Assembly (NCBI GenBank): GCA_965204735.1 | Contig: OZ242008.1 | Span: 3,360,001-3,424,000 of the forward strand | Direction of reading: 5' to 3' | Origin: Longimicrobiales bacterium | GTDB lineage: Bacteria > Gemmatimonadota > Gemmatimonadetes > Longimicrobiales > Gaopeijiaceae | DNA: 64,000 nucleotides | Shown here: positions 34,517 through 44,400 of the stretch, in pieces | How positions within the stretch are numbered: the stretch's first letter is position 1 | Layout: each line of letters starts with the position of its first letter | Translations under genes and position numbers: made by a program | Notes under the pieces: generated by a model | The model's database searches: none | Seen by the model: the letters and a program-made list of their open reading frames with translations, nothing else | What the model was told of the DNA's origin: nothing

Positions 34517-35763
34517 ACGATTCAGAGCTGATTCGCCGCCTTCGTTTGGGCGAGGACTCCGTCTTGGAGCTGAAGCGCGTTCGGGTGTCTGGAAAACGTG
34601 TCAAGGAACCTAGCCAGGCCAGCGTCGCCGACGAGCTGGCGGCGCTGGCCAACGCCCAAGGGGGAACGTTGGTGCTGGGCGTGGACGACAAGACGCGCTT
34701 GGCCGAGGGCATCCCGCTCGAGCACCTTGACGTCGTGGAGACATGGATTCGCAACATCTGCAACGACTCGGTGAAGCCGTCGCTGGACGCCGACATCCTG
34801 AAGCAGGAAGCGCCCGATGCCGAGGGACACTTGGTACCGGTGATTCGGGTGGAAGTGCCACGAGGCCTCGACGTGCACAGGAGCCCGGGCGGCTACTTTC
34901 GCAGGTTAGGGAGCTCAAAGCGCGAACTCTCGCCCAGGGCCCTGGCGCGGCTCTCCCAAGAACGGGGCCGGAGCGGGCTTCTGCACTTCGACGGATCGAC
35001 GGTGCCCGACACGACGCCCGGCGATCTGGACTATTCGTTGACGCGCCGCTTCGTCCAGGGTGCCGCAGCCGCAATGGCCGAAACGCCCGAGGAAGAGCTG
35101 GCCGTCCTGCGCAAGATGAGAATCGTGACCGATGACTCGGACGGATGTGCGCGATTGACGCTCGCAGGTGTTCTGCTTTGCACGCGCGAACCGCAGAAGT
35201 GGCTTCCGCATGCCTACGTACAAGCGGTCGCCTATGCCGGCGAACGAACGGACACCGCTTATCAGAGCGACGCCCGCGACATTGGCGGATCGATCGACCA
35301 GCAAGTCGAGGAGGCGCTGCACTTTGTCCGCCGCAACATGCTCGTGCGCGCTGCCAAGCAAACGGGGCGGTCCCAGCGTCCGCAGTTTAGCGAACGGGCG
35401 GTTTTCGAGGCACTCGTCAACGCAGTGGCCCACCGCGACTATTCGAGGCACGGGGCCCGAATTCGGATGCACATGTTCGGAAACCGACTGGAGCTGCTTG
35501 TGCCCGGCGGCTTGGCCAACGGGCTGTCCACCGACAGCCTACACCTTGTCCAGTCCTGCCGGAACGAGTTCCTGGTGTCTTTGCTGGCACGATGCCCCGT
35601 GGCTCCGGGCGCGGATGTGGGCCGCAAACTCTTGATGGACCGAAGGGGCGACGGCGTTCCGATCATTCACCAGGAGAGCCGGAAGCTGTCGGGCCGGTTG
35701 CCGGAGTACAGGCTGGTCGGCGATGTCGAGCTTCAACTGGTGATCTGGGCGGCCCGGCCGTGA
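34513..35763 (+). CDS. Schlafen/AlbA_2 domain protein with HATPase_c_4 (RecG C-terminal-like) domain
   Basis: 'GEDSVLELKR', 'ELAALANAQGGTLVLGVDD', 'EALVNAVAHRDY', 'PGGL', 'RN'; ATGA overlap with MT-A70. Confidence 0.85.
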   Translation: MNDSELIRRLRLGEDSVLELKRVRVSGKRVKEPSQASVADELAALANAQGGTLVLGVDDKTRLAEGIPLEHLDVVETWIRNICNDSVKPSLDADILKQEAPDAEGHLVPVIRVEVPRGLDVHRSPGGYFRRLGSSKRELSPRALARLSQERGRSGLLHFDGSTVPDTTPGDLDYSLTRRFVQGAAAAMAETPEEELAVLRKMRIVTDDSDGCARLTLAGVLLCTREPQKWLPHAYVQAVAYAGERTDTAYQSDARDIGGSIDQQVEEALHFVRRNMLVRAAKQTGRSQRPQFSERAVFEALVNAVAHRDYSRHGARIRMHMFGNRLELLVPGGLANGLSTDSLHLVQSCRNEFLVSLLARCPVAPGADVGRKLLMDRRGDGVPIIHQESRKLSGRLPEYRLVGDVELQLVIWAARP

Positions 35764-36446
35764 GCGCCGTCAAGCGGATCGTCTGCTTGGCCAACTCGCG
35801 CAAGCTGTCGGGCCGGTGCGTCGCCGGGCGGGAGTTGGCCGGCGGGAAGGCGGCGGGTCCCTGGATTCGCCCCGTGAGCGTGCGGCCAGGCCAGGAGGTC
35901 TCGGAGTACGAACGGCAGTACGAGGACGGCACCGACCCGCAGGTCCTCGACATCGTGAGCGTTCCGGTGCTCGCGCCGAAACCGGACGAGTGGCAGACCG
36001 AGAACTGGACGCTCGACGCCGAGCGCTACTGGAAGAAGCTGGGGAGATTCTCTTGGTTCGACCTGCCTTGCCTGCTGGACCCGCCCGAGCCTCTTTGGAT
36101 CGACGGACACAGCACCTACAACGGCACCAACGACAAGGTCCCGCGGGACCTCCTGGACAGCGTCTCCAGTTCCTTGCGGCTTGTGCACATGGAGCGGTTG
36201 CATTTGCGCGTGTTCGCTCCGGGCGAAGCGTTCGGGAACTCCAAGCGCCGTGTGCAGGCTCGCTTCTCTCACGCCGGATCGGAGTACCGCATCTGGGTCA
36301 CGGACCCGGTGTACGAGAGGAAGTACCTCTCGAAGCTCGACGGAGACTACGAGATCGGCGAGTGCTATCTGACCGTCAATCTGGGCGAACCCTACGGGGG
36401 AAGCTGCTACAAGCTGGCTGCCGCCGTCATCGAAGAGGGGCGCTGA
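35760..36446 (+). CDS. Dual OB-fold domain protein
   Basis: 'KRIVCLANSRKLSGRCVAG', 'WIRPVS', 'QTENW', 'VTDP', 'CYKLAAAVI'; GTGA overlap. Confidence 0.8.
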   Translation: MSAVKRIVCLANSRKLSGRCVAGRELAGGKAAGPWIRPVSVRPGQEVSEYERQYEDGTDPQVLDIVSVPVLAPKPDEWQTENWTLDAERYWKKLGRFSWFDLPCLLDPPEPLWIDGHSTYNGTNDKVPRDLLDSVSSSLRLVHMERLHLRVFAPGEAFGNSKRRVQARFSHAGSEYRIWVTDPVYERKYLSKLDGDYEIGECYLTVNLGEPYGGSCYKLAAAVIEEGR

Positions 36447-36500
36447 CGCCGCGGGAGCCCGCCGGTCCCGTCTTCACGGTCGGCCACTCCGTGCAGACGG
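36443..36500 (+). pseudogene. 5' relic of a first DUF488 gene
   Basis: 'GPVFTVGHS' is the DUF488 N-terminal motif; similarity stops right after it. In frame with the next gene. Confidence 0.45.
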
Positions 36501-36577
36501 CTCCCTCGCGCTCCACGCGGCCGTCATCCCCATGTCCACTCCATCAAGTCCGCTTCAGCCGAGCCCCGCATCCCCAA

Positions 36578-37051
36578 ATGAAGCTCTTCACCATCGGATT
36601 CACCAAGAAGCCGGCGCGGCGGTTCTTCGGCGAACTCGTCGCTACGGCCAAGAAGTCGGGCCTCCGTCGTGTCGTGGACGTCCGGATCAACACCGGTTCC
36701 CAGCTCGCCGGCTTCGCCAAGAAGGACGACTTGGCCTACTTCCTGGACGTGATCTGCGGTGTGGGCTACATCCACATGCCGGCCCTGGCGCCGACGCCCG
36801 AGCTGCTGGCGGACTATCGAAAGAAGCGGATCGACTGGGCTGGCTACGAACCCCGCTTCGACGCCCTCATGCGCCAGCGCCGGATCGAGGACGCGCTCGC
36901 CGAGGAACGTGCGGCGCCGGGCCAGCCGTTCCTCCAGGACGGCGACTGCCTGCTCTGCAGCGAGCACGAGCCCGACCATTGCCATCGGCGCCTTGTGGTC
37001 GAGTACCTGCAACACCGATGGGACGGGCTGGAGTTCGAGCACTTGATGTAG
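36578..37051 (+). CDS. DUF488 domain protein
   Basis: 'MKLFTIGFTKK', 'VVDVR...SQLAGFAKKDDL', 'LAPT', 'CLLCSEHEPDHCHRRLV'. Confidence 0.85.
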   Translation: MKLFTIGFTKKPARRFFGELVATAKKSGLRRVVDVRINTGSQLAGFAKKDDLAYFLDVICGVGYIHMPALAPTPELLADYRKKRIDWAGYEPRFDALMRQRRIEDALAEERAAPGQPFLQDGDCLLCSEHEPDHCHRRLVVEYLQHRWDGLEFEHLM

Positions 37052-37053
37052 AG

Positions 37054-37080
37054 AGGCTGGTTTGCGCAGGGCAACCAAGC
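37054..37080 (+). repeat. 27-bp direct repeat, right copy (matches the 3' part of MT-A70)
   Basis: See 34399-34425; lies 2 bp after the DUF488 stop. Confidence 0.8.
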
Positions 37081-37107
37081 CCATGGGCTACGCGCCGCGG
37101 ATGGTGC

Positions 37108-37932
37108 TCAGGCAGGCCGCGCGCCTCCGCTCGCCGGGGGATCCGGTTCGTCCTCGATCCACGCCGAGATGAGCCCGGCCAGCGAGCCGATCAAGCCGAG
37201 CGAAAGAGTGACCAGCCAGATCGCCACGATCCGTCCGCCGGTGGAGACGGGATAGTGGTCGCCGAAGCCGGTCGGTTCGGCGCCGATCAAAGTCGAGATC
37301 GTCCATAGGAACGCAGCTTCTGCGGTGCGGATGTTGGCGTCGGGGTGAGCGCTCTCCACTCCCAGGACGAGGAAGCTGCCCGCGACGACCGACACCACGA
37401 TGAGGGCGAACACCGTCGCCACCAGGGCCTTTGTGCGCTCGACGTCGAAGAGCGCGGCCACGCCCCGCACGCTCCGGGTGGTGGAACGCATGACCCGCAC
37501 CATCATCACGAGACGCAACCCCCGAAACGCGCGCAGTACCTCCACGTCCGGGATCGATGCGATCACGTCCGCCCATCCCCACTTCAACCACTGACGACGG
37601 TTCGGCGCCTTCCAGATGTCCCACGCTGCCTTGAGGATGAAGAGGCTGCACACAAACCGGTCGGCGATCACGGCCATCGCCACAAATTCGGCGTCCAGGT
37701 CGAACCCCTGACGGAGTCCGAACAAGATCACGGAGCCCAGCGCAAGAAGGGCGTACAGCATTTCCAAGATGACCTGGGCGGCGGAGTTGGGACGGGGGCC
37801 TGACGGGCGCGCCGTCGGTGGGCCGGGACTCGACCTGGCGGCCGTGGCGGGGTCGGGACTCGACCCGGAAGCCGGAGGTGGCCCGGGACTAGACCTGGCG
37901 GCCGGAGGCGGCTCGGATTGGGCGTCGCTCAT
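37108..37932 (-). CDS. Voltage-gated-type ion channel (6TM, KvAP/MVP-like) with atypical pore sequence
   Basis: S3 'WADVIASIP', S4 'LRAFRGLRLVMMVRVMR', pore helix 'AFLWTISTL', filter region 'IGAEPTGFGDHYPVSTGGR'; ATGA overlap. Confidence 0.75.
   Translation of the reverse strand: MSDAQSEPPPAARSSPGPPPASGSSPDPATAARSSPGPPTARPSGPRPNSAAQVILEMLYALLALGSVILFGLRQGFDLDAEFVAMAVIADRFVCSLFILKAAWDIWKAPNRRQWLKWGWADVIASIPDVEVLRAFRGLRLVMMVRVMRSTTRSVRGVAALFDVERTKALVATVFALIVVSVVAGSFLVLGVESAHPDANIRTAEAAFLWTISTLIGAEPTGFGDHYPVSTGGRIVAIWLVTLSLGLIGSLAGLISAWIEDEPDPPASGGARPA
37811..37911. repeat. 30-bp tandem repeat (about 3.3 units) in the channel N-terminus
   Basis: Encodes PPPAARSSPG/PPPASGSSPD/PATAARSSPG. Confidence 0.8.
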
Positions 37933-39110
37933 CGGGCGCCGGCCCAGTGGAGGAACTCCGCCGCCGACACGATCGGCTTGCCGTATCGCCGGGCTGCCCG
38001 GGCTTTGCCGGAAGCGGTGGCCACGTCCGCCGCCACCAGCACGTCGCAGCCCTTCTTGGTGACGGCCCCGACGGGACAGAGGCCGGCCTGCTGCGCCACT
38101 GCCTCCAGCTCGTTGCGCTCCCACTTCTTGCCGCTCACGCGGACGCTGCCCGTGAAGCAGACTGCGGCGCCCGCCGCCAGCTTCTCGAGGCCGGCGACCG
38201 GGGTCGGTCCGGGAACGTCCACGTCCGTCAGCTCCAGCTGTTCGGCGATGCGCGCGATGATCTCGTGCTCCGCCGGGCTGACTACGCCGTCCCGCTTGGC
38301 GGCAGCCACGATGCAGTCGAAGTAGTCCCGGTGCGCCTTCAGCCGCTCCCGTTCGGATATTCCCCACTCGCGGGCCAGGCGCTCGATCTCGGCGCGTTCG
38401 GTCTTGTCGATGACGCCGTCGTCCAGCACCCAGTCCAGGGCGTCCAAGTACGCGCACACGAGCTCGTCGCTGTGGGGGTAGTGGGAGCGGGCCACGACCC
38501 TGTGCATCGGACTCGTTCCGGCGTCGGCGAGCCCGCGACGCAAGGTGTGCTGGCCGGGCCTTTGCGCCACGTATCCGACGCGCACCGGCTGGGCGCCCAG
38601 GTCGGCGCCTTCGCCCCACAAATGCCGGGCGAGCTCCGCCGTGGCCCTGGCGTCGGCCAGCGCGCGGTGGGCGCAGGGAAGGGCGATGCCCCGTTCGGCG
38701 CAGGCGACTTGGAGCTTCTCCCGCGTCGACCGCAACGTGCACAGGCCGGCGCCCATGTCGACCCGCACGTCGTTGCGCTCGAACTCCTGGCACAGCATCC
38801 GCGAGTCGAAGGGCAGGTTGTGGGCCACCAGCACCGCCCCGTTGAGGCGCCGCGCCAAGTCCGCCGCCACCTCGCCGAAGACCGGCGCCGCCTCCACCAT
38901 CGACGCGGCGATCCCGTGCACGCCCGTGGCGCCCACGTCCCGCTCCGGGTTGAGGAGGGTGTCGTACTCGTCCACCGTCTCCCACGACTCCGGGTCCATG
39001 GCAACGGCGGCGATCTCGATGATCCTGTCGGCGTGGCCGAACCCCGTGGTCTCGACGTCGATGACCACGGCCGGGCGCCGCGACTTGGGGGCAAGGTGTG
39101 TCTGGTGCAT
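37929..39110 (-). CDS. DEDDh 3'-5' exonuclease (DnaQ-like) with TerB-like and BRCT domains
   Basis: 'VIDVETTG', 'VAHNLPFD', 'HRALADA'; middle 'DGVIDKTE' and 'DGVVSPAE' (TerB-like); C-terminal 'VCFTG...VTKK.CDVLVAAD...SGKARAARRYGKPIVS' (BRCT). Confidence 0.85.
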   Translation of the reverse strand: MHQTHLAPKSRRPAVVIDVETTGFGHADRIIEIAAVAMDPESWETVDEYDTLLNPERDVGATGVHGIAASMVEAAPVFGEVAADLARRLNGAVLVAHNLPFDSRMLCQEFERNDVRVDMGAGLCTLRSTREKLQVACAERGIALPCAHRALADARATAELARHLWGEGADLGAQPVRVGYVAQRPGQHTLRRGLADAGTSPMHRVVARSHYPHSDELVCAYLDALDWVLDDGVIDKTERAEIERLAREWGISERERLKAHRDYFDCIVAAAKRDGVVSPAEHEIIARIAEQLELTDVDVPGPTPVAGLEKLAAGAAVCFTGSVRVSGKKWERNELEAVAQQAGLCPVGAVTKKGCDVLVAADVATASGKARAARRYGKPIVSAAEFLHWAGAR

Positions 39111-39673
39111 TAGTCAGCCAACTCCCTGGCGGCCACGGATCTTCCAACGATCGTCTTGACCTGATTTCCCTTGTAGACATCCTTCCGGAACCGAACGCCC
39201 CGGGTCACCCGAGTCGGCTCCTTGTCGAACCGCTCGGTGATCTTCTCAGCAAGCACGACATGACGTAGGACGACATGGATCGATTCCTCGGACTTTACCT
39301 CGCAGAGCGACTGAAGATACTTCGCCACGGGAACCGACCAGCGCAGCTGCTCCATGGCCCGTCTGGCGTCCGACAGCGTCTTCTTCATCTCGACGAGGAC
39401 CGCTCGCGACTCCCGGCCATCGGGAATCACCAGGAGGTAGTCGCATATCTGCTTCCATTTTCCGTCCTTCATGCCCTTTAAATGTTGCAGGCGACTCATT
39501 CGGACAATCGTCCAGGACGACGGAACGTTCGTAACCCTGAACTTCATGCCGGCTTTACGTTCGCGCAACACCACGTCAGCTACCGGGGCACCGGCCGAAT
39601 ACGCGACCCTCTTCAAGTGCGTGTCCCGTACTACGCTCTGCAACAGCTCCGCAAATTCCGGCGGCATCGACAT
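39110..39673 (-). CDS. Hypothetical protein, probable PD-(D/E)XK nuclease partner of the ATPase
   Basis: 'QICDYLLV...AVLVEMKKT...AMEQL'; 1 bp after the ATPase stop; TAATG overlap with the next gene. Confidence 0.65.
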   Translation of the reverse strand: MSMPPEFAELLQSVVRDTHLKRVAYSAGAPVADVVLRERKAGMKFRVTNVPSSWTIVRMSRLQHLKGMKDGKWKQICDYLLVIPDGRESRAVLVEMKKTLSDARRAMEQLRWSVPVAKYLQSLCEVKSEESIHVVLRHVVLAEKITERFDKEPTRVTRGVRFRKDVYKGNQVKTIVGRSVAARELAD

Positions 39674-39674
39674 C

Positions 39675-41102
39675 CTACTCTTCGTTGTGGCGGGCCTGCA
39701 CTTCGGCGGCCAAAGTCCTCGACACCCGGTTGATGTCGTCGATCGTGTCGTCGAAGACAGGCATGTCGATCCCGAACTCGTCCACTGTCGCGGGGGCCAG
39801 TTTGTGGCCGTCCGCCACGTAGGCACGCACCGACGAAGGAGTCAACTGATCCGCATTGGCATACTTCAGTCCCCGCAAGGCAGGGCTGTCGTTGTCGAGC
39901 TGACCGATCATGATCAGGTTGTTGATCTCCTTGACGAGGTAGTCGCTGTGAGTCGTGACCAATACCTTGATTCCAGCACGCACGAACCGCGCGAGTATGC
40001 GAGCCAGCAGAATCTGGTTGCCGGTGTCGAGGTGGCTCTCGGGTTCGTCGATGATCAACAGGTCGCCCCGAGCGGCCTTGTGGCGAAGATAGAAGTACAG
40101 GTCGGCCAGTCCGCGCGCGGAAGACGAAGCGAGATGCAACGGGATGTCGAACTTCCTCTTTCCGCGAGCCTTGGATCGAAAGGAGATGGCATCCCGGGAT
40201 GCCCTGTAGTATCCTCCCATGATGTTCTTGACGTCGCTGAAGAGCTTGTCCTCTGCAAGAGCACTCCGTTCCTTTTGCATATCGTGAATGTTTCTTGTGT
40301 AGTCGATGTTGTCCTTTATCGGCTGCGCATACTTGCTCGTGTTCTTGTCGATAAGCAGGAACGGCGTTCGGTTGTCGCGGTCGTCGTCTCGGCCCATCTT
40401 CTGAAGCAGGTCGACCAGCTGGCTCTTTGTGAAGTCCAATTCTTTGTAGAACAACGATATTCCGAAGCGTTCAGCCGAGAGTATGAAGGGGCGTGGGAAC
40501 TCGCAGCAGAACAAACGCAGCAACAGATGATGCATCATGTCCTCCAGAATGCGACGCGACCCGTCTCGCGTGGACGTCGCCCTCCCGCGATCTATGGCAA
40601 AGGCCAGTTCGCGTCCGTTGTAGTGCAGTGTCATTCGGCCAGCGCGAAGACCTGCCATTTCCTCGACGGCCGGGGACTCGCCCTCCAAGTCGTGCTCGTT
40701 CAGCTCCACCGACACGCGGGCGTCTCCCAAAGCCTCCGAAGTCGTACTGAACACGGCCGGCAGGGCACCGGCCGAGAAGTCGCGAGCGAGCTGGTCGACA
40801 AGGCGACGTCGTACGTCTGCCAGCACGGCGGGCGTCACCTGAACGCTGGCGCGGTCCAACTCGGCAAGGGCCTTCGCGATCGTGGGCAACTTGAGCGCCG
40901 TCACAGGGTGAGTGGGATCGCGGGCATGGCGTCGGAAGAAGACGCCGGCACGAGGCCAGGCTTCCCACTGCTTGAGAAAGCCGTACAAGGCATAAACCAA
41001 GTAGGTCTTTCCCGTGTTGTTGCGACCAGCGATGATCGTGAGGTCGCCCAGCGTGATCTCCGCGTTGTCCACGGGACCGATTTTCTCGAAGCGGAACGTC
41101 AT
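39675..41102 (-). CDS. ABC-type AAA ATPase (AAA_15/AAA_21)
   Basis: 'KIGPV', Walker A GRNNTGKTY, 'LSAER', signature ASSS, Walker B IIDEPESHL, 'TTHSDY'. Confidence 0.88.
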   Translation of the reverse strand: MTFRFEKIGPVDNAEITLGDLTIIAGRNNTGKTYLVYALYGFLKQWEAWPRAGVFFRRHARDPTHPVTALKLPTIAKALAELDRASVQVTPAVLADVRRRLVDQLARDFSAGALPAVFSTTSEALGDARVSVELNEHDLEGESPAVEEMAGLRAGRMTLHYNGRELAFAIDRGRATSTRDGSRRILEDMMHHLLLRLFCCEFPRPFILSAERFGISLFYKELDFTKSQLVDLLQKMGRDDDRDNRTPFLLIDKNTSKYAQPIKDNIDYTRNIHDMQKERSALAEDKLFSDVKNIMGGYYRASRDAISFRSKARGKRKFDIPLHLASSSARGLADLYFYLRHKAARGDLLIIDEPESHLDTGNQILLARILARFVRAGIKVLVTTHSDYLVKEINNLIMIGQLDNDSPALRGLKYANADQLTPSSVRAYVADGHKLAPATVDEFGIDMPVFDDTIDDINRVSRTLAAEVQARHNEE

Positions 41103-41223
41103 TTGGCGGCGCGCTGGCTGGAGGTTGACGGTGGAGCGACCACGGACCCGACCGGCGAAGCTCCATCCTCGCCCTCTTCGGTTCATGGTCCCGATCGCCC
41201 TTCATCCTACCGCGCCCGCAACA

Positions 41224-41283
41224 TCCGGGGCAACCGCCCCAGGGGGGCATCGTCGTCCGGGGCAGCCGCCCCAGGGGACATCG
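41224..41283. repeat. Two tandem REP-like units, each with a short hairpin, in a divergent intergenic region
   Basis: tccggggca(a/g)ccgccccagggg...catcg at 41224 and 41256; stem ggggc/gcccc. Confidence 0.6.
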
Positions 41284-41401
41284 CCACACGACCGCCGTGG
41301 ACAGCGCCGGCCCAGCCCGAAGGCTTGCCCCGCCGCACGTCGGTCACTATTTCAACCCCCACGACGCCGGCAGGCCCGCTCGACTTTCGGAGGACCCTCC
41401 A

Positions 41402-44400
41402 GTGCACGCTTCCGCATTCACCGCTTCCGCATTCTTCACCGTCTCCGCATTCGCTGTCGCAACTCTCGCCGCCATGTCCCCGGCCCCGATCTTCGCCCAA
41501 GACGACGCCCAGCAGGACCAGTCGGAAGAGTGGGACGTGACCCTTGCACGGGGCGAGACCAAGGAGATCGACTTCACCACCGACGAAGGCACGTGGATGT
41601 CCATGGACATCTCGCCGGACGGGCGCTGGATCGCCTTCGACCTGCTGGGGCACGTCTACCGGGTTCCGGCCGACGGGGGCGGCGAGGCCGAGCTGCTCAC
41701 CGGCGGCACCGGCGTCGCGACCCACTACCATCCGCGCTACTCGCCCGACGGCGCTTCGATCGCCTTCATCAGCGACCGCAAAGGCCAGAACAACCTGTGG
41801 ATCATGGACGCCGACGGATCGAACCCGCGCCCGATCTTCGAGGAGCCGATGGTCCGCGCCTTGGAGCCGGCATGGTCGGCGGACGGCGACTACATCTTCG
41901 TGCGGCGACAGAGCTTGGCGTCCGGGTTCGGAGCGGGCGAGGGCGGCATCTGGATGTACCACAAGGACGGGGGCAAGGGCGTGCAGGTGGTGGGCGACCA
42001 GCCCCAGGCTGCGTGGCCTTCGCCGTCCAAGGACGGGCGCTACCTGTACTTCCACGTGTACACGGGGCCGGCAGGGCTTCAGGGCCGAGACGCCATGGCC
42101 GGGCACTGGCAGGTGCGACGCATCGACCTGGAGACGGGCGAAGTGACGCGCGTCACCGACGGCACGGCGGCCCAGCAGGTCCGCGCGTCCAGCGGCAGCG
42201 CCTACGCGGCCGAGGTCTCGCCGGACGGGCGCTACCTGGCCTTTGCACGGCGGATCGCCGGAGGAACGATCTCGTACCGGGGCCACGCCTTCGGGCCGCG
42301 CGCGGCGCTGTGGATACGCGACCTGGAGACGGGACGGGAGCGCGTGGCGATGGACCCCATCACCATCGACAACGCCGAGGGGATCAAGACGCTGCGCATT
42401 CTGCCGGGGTATGCATGGACTGCCGACGGTTCGGGCATCGTCGTCACGCAGGGGGGCCAGATACGCAGGCTGGACGTGGGCAGCGGCGACGTGACCACCG
42501 TCCCGTTCACAGCCCGCGTGCAGCGCACGGTCTCCGAGATGGCCCGCGCCAGCTTCCGGATCGACGACAGCCCCTTCCAAGCCAAGATGCTGCGCTGGTA
42601 CGGCGCGTCGCCCGACCGGTCGAGGATCGCCTTCCAAGCCGTGGGGCGGGTGTGGATCGCGGCGGCGGACGGGGGCCAACCCGAACGACTCACGACCGGC
42701 ACCGGCCCCTTCGAGTACTCGCCGGCGTGGTCTCCCGACGGGCAGTGGATCGCCTACGCCACTTGGGACGGCGCGGACGGCGGCCACATCTGGAAGGCCC
42801 GGGCGGACGGCGGGGGAAGCGGACCGCAGCAGCTGACCACGTCGTCCTCCGAGTACGTGCATCCGGTGTGGAGCCCAGATGGCTCCGAGATCGTGGCGAC
42901 AAGGGGTTCGGGCGCCGCTTCCCGTGCCCGCTCGGCGACGCAGAACCCTTACTGGGAGCTGTGGCGCGTGCCGGCCGACGGCAACGGGGAGACGCGGATC
43001 ATGACCCTGCCCCGAGGCGTCGAAGGCTTGCTGGGCAACCGGCGCCAGATCGTGCGCGCGTCGTTCGGCCCCGGAGGGCGCATATACTTTCCCTCGCGCC
43101 ACACGCCCGAGGAGGGCGAGACGGTCACCGCGCTGATGTCGGTGCGCGGGGACGGCTCGGAGCTGCGCGCGCACGCCACCATCCCCTTCGGCGACGAGTT
43201 CGTGATCTCGCCGGACGGCGATCGCGTGGCGTTCCAGGAGGGCGACAACGTCTTCTGGGCGCCGTTGCCCCCGGGCGGCTCCGGGGGCGAGCCGGTGGCC
43301 CTGAAGAAGGAGGGCGCGCCGGTTCCGGTCTCGCGCCTGACCACCGAAGGCGGGCTCTACCCCCGCTGGCGCACGAACGACGAGCTGGAGTACGGCAGCG
43401 GCGGCCGCTTCTTCGTGCACGACGCCGAGGCCGGCACGACCGATACCGTCTTCATCGACCTGCAGGTGCCGCGGCGCGTTCCCGAAGGCGTCCTGGCGCT
43501 GACCAACGCCCGGATCGTCACGTTGCACGACCGCGAGGTGATCGACGGCGGAACCGTGCTGGTCGACGGCAGCCGGATCGCGTGCGTGGGCGAGTGCGAC
43601 ACGTCGGGCGCGTCCGAGACCCTGGACATGACGGGCAAGACGATCATCCCCGGGTTCGTGGACATGCACGCGCACCACTACCGGGAGCACAGGGGACTGA
43701 TCCCGAAGCACGACTTCGAGTCGGCCGTCTACTTGGCCTACGGCGTCACGACCAACCTGGACAACTCCATGTGGTCCCAGAACGTCTTCGCCAGCGGCGA
43801 ACTGATCCGAGCCGGTGAAGTGGTGGGGCCGCGCACGTTCTCCACGGGCGACCCGCTGTACAGGGGCGACGGCGCCAGGCGGAACGAGCTGTCCAGCTAC
43901 GAAGCGGCCGAGCAGAACGTCAACCGCTTGGCGTCGTGGGGGGCGACGGCGCTGAAGCAGTACTTGCAGCCGCGCCGGGACCAGCGGCAGTGGGTGTCCG
44001 AGATCGCGCGGTCCAAGGGGCTCATGGTCACGTCGGAGAACAACGACATCCCGTACACCATCGGGATGATCATGGACGGGCATACGGGCTTCGAGCACCC
44101 GATGACCTACCTGCCGATGTACGGCGACTTGAGCCGCTTCCTGGGGCTCGCCGGCGCCACGTATTCGCCCACGTTCGTCGTGGGCGGCATCGGGCCGTGG
44201 AACGAGGAGTACTTCCTGGCCGAAAGCGAGGCTTGGCTGGACGAGAAGCAGAGGCGGTGGATGCCCTGGCGACAGGTGATCCCGCACATGCGGCGTCGCT
44301 GGATTCGACCCGAGACCGACTACAGCTTCCCCTTGATCGCCCTAGGCATGATGGACGTGATCGAGGCGGGCGGCTGGGGTGCCATCGGCTCCCACGGACA

